From a virus, in IMG/VR virus record IMGVR_UViG_3300025894_000001: DNA of 36,240 nucleotides. One strand, given 5' to 3'. Of the stretch, positions 25,886 to 32,810 are shown in pieces. The notes below the pieces were generated by a model that did no database searches, was not told the origin of the DNA, and saw nothing but the letters and a program-made list of their open reading frames with translations. A program made the position numbers and the translations under genes. The number at the start of each line of letters is the position of its first letter. Positions within the stretch are counted from its first letter, which is position 1.

Positions 25886-25960
25886 TAGGCAAGCCTAACA
25901 CATAATAGGTAAATGTTTGCAAACATTATTCAACTTGCATTTAGAAATAGGGTCGCCTAT
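25886..25960. promoter_or_regulatory. Operator cluster of the immunity switch
   Basis: The cluster contains TAGGCAAGCCTA (25886..25897), the perfect 16-bp palindrome AATGTTTGCAAACATT (25912..25927) and ATAGGGTCGCCTAT (25947..25960). Confidence 0.6.
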
Positions 25961-25963
25961 TAT
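25935..25963 (+). promoter_or_regulatory. Putative PR-like promoter for cro
   Basis: It reads TTGCAT, a 17-nt spacer, then TATTAT. An operator lies in the spacer. The cro ATG is only 7 nt after the -10. Confidence 0.6.
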
Positions 25964-25970
25964 CCGGCCT

Positions 25971-26162
25971 ATGAACGTGATCAAGACCGAAACCCCGAGC
26001 GCATCCGAAATCATTGATCGGATTGGTGGCACAGCTGCTGTTGCGGAGCTTTGCGAAGTCAAATCGCCGTCCGTCAGTGAATGGCGGCACAAGGGGATTC
26101 CAAAGGCCAGATTGCAGTTTTTGCGCCTTGCACGACCTGATGTCTTCAGAACAAACGCCTGA
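25971..26162 (+). CDS. Cro/YdaS-like HTH protein
   Basis: The 63-aa product contains GGTAAVAELCEVKSPSVSEWRHKGIPKARL. It is divergent from the repressor gene. Confidence 0.7.
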   Translation: MNVIKTETPSASEIIDRIGGTAAVAELCEVKSPSVSEWRHKGIPKARLQFLRLARPDVFRTNA

Positions 26163-26193
26163 CCGGGGCGCAAGCCGGTTACTCCTCCCTTTA

Positions 26194-26219
26194 CCCGCCC
26201 TTCGGGGCGGGATTTTTTT
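26194..26219 (+). terminator. Rho-independent terminator directly after cro
   Basis: The stem is CCCGCCC/GGGCGGG with a TTCG loop, then A and T7. Confidence 0.75.
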
Positions 26220-26229
26220 GGATAAATAA

Positions 26230-26655
26230 ATGCAACAGAAAATTGAAATGCTGTTGAGTCGACTCGAAGGCGTTCGCGGAAGCAAAGGCCGGTATCAGGC
26301 GAAATGCCCGGCACATGAAGACCGGCTGCCGTCCCTTGCAATCACCGAAGCCGGCGACAAGGTGCTGATCCATTGCTTTGCCGGCTGCTCACCCCTTGAG
26401 ATTCTTGAATCAGTCGGCCTTGAGATTGGCGATTTGTTCGAGGGCAGTCTCAAAAACGGAAACGGTCATCACCAAACCATCAACTGGCACAACAGGGTGA
26501 AGCGAGCGCGCTACGCGCTGTCGTTAATTGCTGTTTATGCCGGACAGATCGAAGAGAATTGGGACGCACTCGCAAACGAGCTTTCACTCGATGAGTCTGA
26601 TCAGGCGATGTTTTGGGGTGCTTTCCAAGACGTTCGGCGGTTGCTTGATGGGTAA
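26230..26655 (+). CDS. CHC2-like zinc-finger protein (primase N-terminal-domain-like)
   Basis: The motif CPAHEDRLPSLAI..LIHCFAGC parallels the DnaG motif CPFH.EKTPSF..CFGCG. I saw no TOPRIM or catalytic motifs in its 141 aa. Confidence 0.6.
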   Translation: MQQKIEMLLSRLEGVRGSKGRYQAKCPAHEDRLPSLAITEAGDKVLIHCFAGCSPLEILESVGLEIGDLFEGSLKNGNGHHQTINWHNRVKRARYALSLIAVYAGQIEENWDALANELSLDESDQAMFWGAFQDVRRLLDG

Positions 26656-27880
26656 GCTCGAACAGCACTCCAAGGAGTTGAAGGAGTATTACGACGGCCT
26701 AGTTGATGAGGATGTTGACGCCTTCAAGCCGCCGTTCCGAATTAAGGACTGGGGGATTGAGCGGTATGAGGGCGCCGCGCCCGACATCCAGTGGCTGATC
26801 AAGGACGTTTTACCGCAGTCAACGGCTTGCCTGATGGCCTCAATGGGCGGGGTAGGGAAGTCTTATTTGATCCTCGACATGGCAATCGCCATCGCAACCG
26901 ATCAAACCATGATCAATCGTTACGCACTCGGCGGTCAGGTCGTCGACTCCGGCGCCGTTGTGGTAGTGACTGCGGAAGACTCACGCACCGCCGTTCACCG
27001 CCGGATCGATCAGATCCTTTCCCCGAAAGGTCGAGCTGCCGTCAAAAAGAATTTCCACATGATCCCGCTGCCTGACGCCGGCGGTCATATCACCTTCATC
27101 CGTAATCAAGGCGGTCAATATGTGATGACCGACGAATGGTTGTGGTTCTGCCAAGAAGTCAAAAAGATCCGCAACCTTAAGTTCGTCGCGCTCGACCCGC
27201 TGCAGGTGTTTGTTCAAGCCGACATCACCGCTGACCCGGCAGCTGCACAGGTCTGGTGGTCAGCGGTATCAGCTTTATGCGCCGAGACCGGCGCGTGTGT
27301 GATGGCAGCTCACCACATGAGGAAAGACGGTGGGATGCAGATTGAGACACTCTTACAGGCTCGCGAAGCGATCCGGGGCACGACCGGCTTAGTCGACGGT
27401 GCGCGGTGGGTGTACGCACTATGGATGGCAACAACCGAGGAACGCGAAGCTGCGGAACACGCACTCAAAGACGAGACCCTCGGCCCGATGTCCATGATCA
27501 AGGGCGGCGTGTGTAAATCCAACGAGTTTGGTAATGATTCCATCACCGTCTATATCCGGGAGCAAACAGGGCTGTTGAGAGACCGCACCGCCGAGGTCAA
27601 TAGCTGTTTGATCGAGCGAACCAAGCTCGATATTGACCAAATCCGCGAAACATTCACAGAAATCGCGCGCCGGTGGGACATTGAGTCGCCGTTCAGCTCG
27701 CACCCGGCGGGAAAGGACAGGTATTTGGGTAACTGGTTGCGGGATTCGTTTGATCTCGACCGCAAAGCTGCCAAGAAATATGTCGATTTGTGGGTCAAGA
27801 ATCGCAACGTGGTTCAGGAACCCCACCCGAATATTCGCCGGGCGATGGGGCTTCGCCGGAGGGAGACACCAGATGTGTGA
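26648..27880 (+). CDS. RepA/AAA_25-type replicative helicase-like ATPase
   Basis: The ATG overlaps the upstream stop by 8 nt. The Walker A motif is GGVGKS, followed by VVVVTAEDS and ALDPL. Confidence 0.7.
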   Translation: MGKLEQHSKELKEYYDGLVDEDVDAFKPPFRIKDWGIERYEGAAPDIQWLIKDVLPQSTACLMASMGGVGKSYLILDMAIAIATDQTMINRYALGGQVVDSGAVVVVTAEDSRTAVHRRIDQILSPKGRAAVKKNFHMIPLPDAGGHITFIRNQGGQYVMTDEWLWFCQEVKKIRNLKFVALDPLQVFVQADITADPAAAQVWWSAVSALCAETGACVMAAHHMRKDGGMQIETLLQAREAIRGTTGLVDGARWVYALWMATTEEREAAEHALKDETLGPMSMIKGGVCKSNEFGNDSITVYIREQTGLLRDRTAEVNSCLIERTKLDIDQIRETFTEIARRWDIESPFSSHPAGKDRYLGNWLRDSFDLDRKAAKKYVDLWVKNRNVVQEPHPNIRRAMGLRRRETPDV

Positions 27881-27892
27881 AGTAACATTTTT

Positions 27893-28007
27893 CTACTTCA
27901 CATTTACTTCCCGCTACTTCACCGGCGGAGGTCGGGAGGAGGAAGTAGATACTAAGTATCTACTTCCCCCCCCACCCCCCAATGCCCTTATAGGCTACTT
28001 CCCCCCC
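27893..28007 (+). repeat. Iteron-like array, hairpin and poly-C tracts (candidate origin)
   Basis: (C/T)TACTTC starts at 27893, 27904, 27914, 27960 and 27995, with an inverted copy at 27941. A 12-bp perfect hairpin spans 27941..27967. Runs of C8-A-C6 and C7 are also present. Confidence 0.6.
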
Positions 28008-28017
28008 TTGTTCCCAA

Positions 28018-28467
28018 ATGCCGTTTGATTCGCGGTCAAAGGATGAGCGTGGGAATGTGTATCACTCGTTGGAAGTGATCGCGGAAGCCGAGAGCGAGGG
28101 GAAGGGGGCGCGGTGGATCTGCCGTTGTGACTGCGGTTCGTTGGTCACGGTTCGCGCAGCGCAGCTGCGGCGTGGTGATAGGAAGGATTGCGGATGCGGG
28201 TTGTCGAGTGTTAAGAAGTTTAAGAATGCACTCGTCGATATTGGCGATCCTCCCTGCGATAAAGGTTGTTTGTATCGGCAACGCTGTTTGGAAGATGAGA
28301 TGGCGTGTCAGCAGTTTAGATCGTGGTATGAGTGGGGCGGTGACATTCAGCCCTTTCCAGAAACCTTCAGACCAACCAAAGCCATGTTTAAAGCAATTTA
28401 TGAGCAAGATAAACAGCCGAACAAAAGGCGCAAACGGCGAACGAGAAGTGGCGAAGATCCTTCGTGA
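28018..28467 (+). CDS. Cys-rich (zinc-ribbon-like) hypothetical protein with a basic tail
   Basis: The product contains WICRCDCGSLVTV..DCGCG and a C-terminal KRRKRRTR. Confidence 0.55.
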   Translation: MPFDSRSKDERGNVYHSLEVIAEAESEGKGARWICRCDCGSLVTVRAAQLRRGDRKDCGCGLSSVKKFKNALVDIGDPPCDKGCLYRQRCLEDEMACQQFRSWYEWGGDIQPFPETFRPTKAMFKAIYEQDKQPNKRRKRRTRSGEDPS

Positions 28468-28792
28468 AGAGCTTGGGATAGATGTTCAACGCAACTGGGC
28501 CGAGCAAGCAGCTCGCGGTGGAGCTGACATATTGATACCGGGATGGGCGATTGAGGTCAAGAGATGTAAAAAGGCCATGATAAGCAACTGGTGGACTCAG
28601 GCGGCGATTCAGGCTCAGTACTCTAGTAGACACCCCTTGTTGGTCTATCGCCTTGACAGGGGCAAATGGAGGGCTGTGATGAGCATTCGGCATTTGATAC
28701 CTAATGGCTGTCACCATCAGCTTGAGATGAATTTTGACTGTTGGTGTCAGTTTTATCGCAACTGGAGAGTTGAGAATCGTGCTGAGTCTTGA
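28400..28792 (+). CDS. PD-(D/E)XK Holliday-junction-resolvase-like endonuclease
   Basis: The motif order is GEREV..GGADI..IEVK. The start at 28400 overlaps the upstream ORF by 68 nt. Confidence 0.6.
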   Translation: MSKINSRTKGANGEREVAKILREELGIDVQRNWAEQAARGGADILIPGWAIEVKRCKKAMISNWWTQAAIQAQYSSRHPLLVYRLDRGKWRAVMSIRHLIPNGCHHQLEMNFDCWCQFYRNWRVENRAES

Positions 28793-29240
28793 GAGCTTTA
28801 AGCTCTTAAATCCGAAGGTCTCGAGATTCACGCTCGGGACAGGCGGTGAGCCTGAGTTGACGTTTCAGGAGGTCAGCGACTGTTTAGCTCAAATGAGCTT
28901 AGAAGCTGCAGCTTGGGGGAGGCTTTGTTATGCCAAACAGCGGGAGTATTCAGTCGTGGTTTTGGATTACCTGAGAAGGGAGGTCACGAAGGAAGTTCGG
29001 ACAGACAAACACGGCTTGCCGGACTATTGGCTAACGTTGATCGATATTGCGGTCTGGATGAGCTTTCACGATGTTACCTTGACAAATCGCATCAAAGCAA
29101 AAGCAGTGAAACGAAAACGATGGACGAAAAACAATGAGATACATTTAACGAAATGCCTATTTTTATTGGATCAATTGGACTTTGAGCTACGAGCTGCGAT
29201 CTCTCATTGGAACAAGCAGAGAAGTGTTCAAGACATTTGA
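28779..29240 (+). CDS. Hypothetical protein
   Basis: The ORF frame is open from 28734. The GTG at 28779 follows a GGAGAG site. The start is uncertain. Confidence 0.45.
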   Translation: MLSLESFKLLNPKVSRFTLGTGGEPELTFQEVSDCLAQMSLEAAAWGRLCYAKQREYSVVVLDYLRREVTKEVRTDKHGLPDYWLTLIDIAVWMSFHDVTLTNRIKAKAVKRKRWTKNNEIHLTKCLFLLDQLDFELRAAISHWNKQRSVQDI

Positions 29241-29279
29241 GCTGTGATGTAGAATTACAATCTCACGGAGTTTATGCAA

Positions 29280-29302
29280 GGTCGCCAACGGCGGCCTTTT
29301 TT
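29280..29302 (+). terminator. Rho-independent terminator
   Basis: The stem is GGTCGCC/GGCGGCC with one G-T pair, followed by T6. Confidence 0.65.
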
Positions 29303-29373
29303 GTTGTCAGCATCCAAGCGAAACCCTAACCAAATTCAATTTTACCAAGGTCGTTCTGAGTAATTGCAGACGC

Positions 29374-29398
29374 AAAAAAAAAGAGGGCCGAAGCCCTC
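29374..29398 (-). terminator. Rho-independent terminator of the leftward two-gene cassette
   Basis: The stem is GAGGGC/GCCCTC with a 4-nt loop, followed by T9 on the minus strand. Confidence 0.75.
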
Positions 29399-29425
29399 CT
29401 GAGAAGTTTGTTTTTAAGTCCTAAT

Positions 29426-29710
29426 CTATTGCGGTTGCCGCTTAAAGCCCCAGAGGTAATCCCATCCCGAGCGGGTCAGTTCGACCTCGTGGAAGTTGTA
29501 GTTGATCCGACCAGTGGCTGGATCGAGCCAACCCCAAGACTCTGGGCGGACATACCGAATCAGTCCGCGAGTCAGCATCGACTTGAGCACCGCGGGGTGA
29601 TGGCCTCCGCACTTGATCCCCACCTGCAACTTGGCGCTCGTGCGGTCTCGGCGGTGGCGCATGGCGACCTCGGAGATGAGGACGGTTTGGTTAAAGGTTA
29701 GGTTTGGCAT
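29426..29710 (-). CDS. Hypothetical protein (cassette gene 2)
   Basis: The 94-aa ORF starts with ATG and is followed by a terminator. Confidence 0.55.
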   Translation of the reverse strand: MPNLTFNQTVLISEVAMRHRRDRTSAKLQVGIKCGGHHPAVLKSMLTRGLIRYVRPESWGWLDPATGRINYNFHEVELTRSGWDYLWGFKRQPQ

Positions 29711-29730
29711 GGTGCCTCCGGTTGGTTGGG

Positions 29731-29940
29731 TTAGATTTTGTTTCTGTATTTTCTGGTGATTAGGTTTCTGATCTGGTAGTCATCGTCCTCGATGTGTCCG
29801 AGGTTGCTATGGTTGATCACAATCTGCTTAACCATTTCCGCTTCAGCCTTTGTTCCAAATGCGCTGACCAGATAAAAGGCTGCTTCGCTATGGTAGTTCT
29901 GGTCGATCATGTCGTTGTATTGTGTTGCGTTGAATGTCAT
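29731..29940 (-). CDS. Hypothetical protein (cassette gene 1)
   Basis: The 69-aa ORF starts with ATG and lies downstream of the promoter at 29973..30001. Confidence 0.55.
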   Translation of the reverse strand: MTFNATQYNDMIDQNYHSEAAFYLVSAFGTKAEAEMVKQIVINHSNLGHIEDDDYQIRNLITRKYRNKI

Positions 29941-29972
29941 TTTCTTTTCCGTGGTCTGTTTAACTGTTTCTA

Positions 29973-30001
29973 ACTGTAGGGCAATGTCCTAGCTATGTCA
30001 A
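29973..30001 (-). promoter_or_regulatory. Leftward promoter with an embedded operator
   Basis: On the minus strand it reads TTGACA, a 17-nt spacer, then TACAGT. The spacer and -10 contain TAGGACATTGCCCTA (29977..29991). Confidence 0.6.
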
Positions 30002-30020
30002 GAACTATTTTCAAAAAAAT

Positions 30021-30482
30021 ATGACTGAATCAAAAAAAGATAAAACTTCTAACTACAATGCGAAGCGAGCTGATGGTCAGTCACGCTTTCAGGCCGGCAA
30101 TCCCGGCAGACCGAAAGGAAGTAAGAACAAGCTATCGTTTCAAGCTGCCGAACGAATGGAGGATCTCGGCCTTGATCCGCTTCAAGGTTACGTGGATCTA
30201 TTGATGAAGGCGAGAGCCGATGGCAATCTAGCTGTCGAAGAGCGCGCACTGTCTCGGCTGATGCAGTTCCGTTGGGCCGGCCTTCATCACTCAATGGTGA
30301 CCAACGTTGACCAAGAAGATCTGGAAGTTAGCGTGACCAAATTCGATATGCCGGATGCGTTGGGAAAAGGCGGCATCGGGAACGACGGATCTTCGAGTTT
30401 TGATGATGGGCAGCTCGCCGATGGTGTCGAAATCGAATCATTTAGCCCACAACTCGTCGCGTCCAACAACAAAAAGTCATAG
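30021..30482 (+). CDS. terS: Small terminase subunit candidate
   Basis: The N-terminal FQAGNPGRPKGSKN motif is typical of DUF5681-type small terminases. It lies upstream of terL. Confidence 0.6.
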   Translation: MTESKKDKTSNYNAKRADGQSRFQAGNPGRPKGSKNKLSFQAAERMEDLGLDPLQGYVDLLMKARADGNLAVEERALSRLMQFRWAGLHHSMVTNVDQEDLEVSVTKFDMPDALGKGGIGNDGSSSFDDGQLADGVEIESFSPQLVASNNKKS

Positions 30483-30542
30483 AAAACAGGACGTTATCAG
30501 CGTCGACACGACCTAGTCAGGGTTGTGCGCCTTAAAAAACGT

Positions 30543-30589
30543 GGGGGGGAGGGGTCTCTCGCGCGTCAAAAAACGACCCCCCACCCCCC
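30543..30589. repeat. G-run/C-run imperfect inverted repeat in the terS-terL gap
   Basis: GGGGGGGAGGGGTC pairs imperfectly with GACCCCCCACCCCCC. Each arm is preceded by AAAAAACG. The 13-mer CCCCCCACCCCCC also occurs at 27968..27980. Confidence 0.7.
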
Positions 30590-30656
30590 GAAACGTGACC
30601 GCCCCATCATATGTATTGGGAGTCACACAAAAATATTTTCAAATTCCCGAGTTTGA

Positions 30657-31943
30657 ATGTCAAAAATACAAATTCCCTACAAATATAGTCCTAGGGATTA
30701 CCAAATACCGATCTTTGCGGCGCTTGATAACGATTACAGAAGAGCTTGTTTAGTCTGGCATCGGCGAGCCGGCAAAGACCTAACGCTGTGGAACCTCACA
30801 ATCAAGAAAGCTCTTGAGCGTAAAGGTACTTACTTTTACAGCCTACCAACGTACAACCAAGCCAAGAAGGTCATTTGGTCAGGCATGAGCAATGAGGGGG
30901 TGCGGTTTCTCGACCACATCCCCAACGAGATCACGCGCAGCCTCAACAACACCGAGATGCGTGTCACCCTCGGCAACGGCAGCATCATTCAGTTAGTCGG
31001 CACCGACAACATCGACAGCATCGTCGGAACCAACCCGGTTGGCGTGGTCTTCTCGGAGTACAGTCTGCAAAACCCAAAAGCTTGGGAGCTGATCAGACCG
31101 ATCCTAGCCCTCAACGAAGGGTGGGCTGTTTTCAACTACACCCCGCGTGGCAGAAACCACGGTTGGCGGCTGTTCACGATGGCTGAAAAAAACCCCGACT
31201 GGTTTGTTCAAAAGCTATCGGTCGAGGACACTAACCTCCTTGATGACGAAGCGATCCAACGCGAACGCGACGAAGGAATGCCCGAGGAGCTAATCCAGTC
31301 TGAATATTTCTGCAGTTGGGACGCAGCTCTGCCGGGCGCCTACTACCGCGATCAGCTCGACAAAGCTCGCGCCATGAACCGCATCAAGCCGGTTCCGCAC
31401 CGCGCCGGTTTTCCGGTCTACACCGGGTGGGACATCGGCATTGGCGACAGCACCGCGATCTGGTTTATGCAAGTGGTCGATCAAGAAATTCATGTCATCG
31501 ACTACGAACAACACGCCGGCGAAGCGTTGCCGTTCTATGTCAACCTGATCAAAGAGAAGGGTTACACATACGGCGAACACTTTGCGCCACATGACATCGC
31601 AGCTCGCGATTTCAGCAGTGGCAAGACCCGCATCGAGATGGCGCGGGATCTAGGGTTGTTTTTTACGGTAGTCCGAAAAGCGCCGGTCGATGACGGCATC
31701 AACTGCGTCCGGGCAATGTTCAACCGACTCGTCTTCGACGAGGAGCAGTGCGGTCACGGCATCGATTGTCTCGCGGCCTACCGCAAAGACTTTGACGAAA
31801 GAAACCAAACGTGGAAGCCCAAACCAGTCCATGACTGGTCATCCCACGCAGCTGACGCGATGCGTACGTTCTGCATGGGTTGGGATGAAATGGGTCACAT
31901 TCAACAGCACCGACCAACTCGGGTGGTGCGAGCAATAGCGTAG
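30657..31943 (+). CDS. terL: Large terminase subunit
   Basis: The 428-aa product has a Walker-A-like WHRRAGKD, then VVFSE, with a nuclease-half D-rich motif later. It lies before the portal gene. Confidence 0.85.
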   Translation: MSKIQIPYKYSPRDYQIPIFAALDNDYRRACLVWHRRAGKDLTLWNLTIKKALERKGTYFYSLPTYNQAKKVIWSGMSNEGVRFLDHIPNEITRSLNNTEMRVTLGNGSIIQLVGTDNIDSIVGTNPVGVVFSEYSLQNPKAWELIRPILALNEGWAVFNYTPRGRNHGWRLFTMAEKNPDWFVQKLSVEDTNLLDDEAIQRERDEGMPEELIQSEYFCSWDAALPGAYYRDQLDKARAMNRIKPVPHRAGFPVYTGWDIGIGDSTAIWFMQVVDQEIHVIDYEQHAGEALPFYVNLIKEKGYTYGEHFAPHDIAARDFSSGKTRIEMARDLGLFFTVVRKAPVDDGINCVRAMFNRLVFDEEQCGHGIDCLAAYRKDFDERNQTWKPKPVHDWSSHAADAMRTFCMGWDEMGHIQQHRPTRVVRAIA

Positions 31944-31949
31944 AGAAAT

Positions 31950-32810
31950 ATGGCAAAAACTTACGATCAGTGGAGTTCAAGAGCGAGACAGCTTGGTTGG
32001 TCTCCCGAAAGCTATTCGATGGCGGCTTATCAAGGCACCTCGCACTATCAGGCAACCAAGAATCAGCCTCAAAGCACCTCTCGAGCGAAGTCAGTTTCCT
32101 CCGCGCTACCTGACGATAAGCCAACAAGTTCGAGCGTTTACACCACTAAAGGCGAACTCTACGACTCAAGACGCAGCGGAAAGATATTCGGCAGCAACCC
32201 AAACAAATCCTACGAAGGAACCGGCGCTATATCTGGCGGTACGGTCGGCGGCAATTCAGTCAGTGATCGAAACAGGGTCAGCATCTACATGACCAAGCGC
32301 GGTTCGAGAGGTATTCAAGGGCCGGGCGGTGAAATTTTTTATGAGACAAGCCCCGGCTCTTTAAATTTTAGATCTGTTGCAGGGAGTGACGGCGGCGGCT
32401 TTGTCACCATTGAGGATTTTGGCGCCCAAAAAGCTGAAGCCGCAGCAGCAGCTGCAGCCGCTTCGACCGGTAGCGGTGGATCCGGCGGTAGTGGCAGCCG
32501 CAGCAGCGGTAGTAGTAGCGGCACCCGAAGCTATGCTCCGGCGTCAGGTGGATCCACCTCAAGTGCTGCTGTAAACGATGCAATCGAGGAAACAGAAACC
32601 GCAGTTGCGACTGCACAAGCAGACGTTTCGACCGTCGCGAAAAGTCCGTGGCCCGACGCGCCACCCGAAGTTCAAACTTATGATCAATATCTTGCTTGGA
32701 GAAGGGCGCAATCGGCTAAAACCGGATTTCAAAGCACTGTCCAAACCGGCTCGACTGGCCTCAATGATGACGAAATGAACTCGGGTGTTCTAGTGACCGA
32801 GCTATCGTAA
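31950..32810 (+). CDS. Low-complexity Ser/Gly/Ala-rich protein of unknown function
   Basis: The 286-aa ORF lies between terL and the portal gene. Its stop overlaps the portal start. Confidence 0.55.
   Translation: MAKTYDQWSSRARQLGWSPESYSMAAYQGTSHYQATKNQPQSTSRAKSVSSALPDDKPTSSSVYTTKGELYDSRRSGKIFGSNPNKSYEGTGAISGGTVGGNSVSDRNRVSIYMTKRGSRGIQGPGGEIFYETSPGSLNFRSVAGSDGGGFVTIEDFGAQKAEAAAAAAAASTGSGGSGGSGSRSSGSSSGTRSYAPASGGSTSSAAVNDAIEETETAVATAQADVSTVAKSPWPDAPPEVQTYDQYLAWRRAQSAKTGFQSTVQTGSTGLNDDEMNSGVLVTELS

Noticed and set aside
25912-25927. The 16-bp palindrome as a LexA (SOS) box.
   Set aside because: AATGTTTGCAAACATT does not fit CTGT-N8-ACAG, GAAC-N4-GTTC or GTTC-N7-GTTC spacing. I kept it only as an unassigned operator.
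30523-30753. A 76-aa ORF in the terS-terL gap.
   Set aside because: It starts with a non-ATG codon inside the G/C-run repeat and overlaps the terL start in another frame. It is most likely non-coding.
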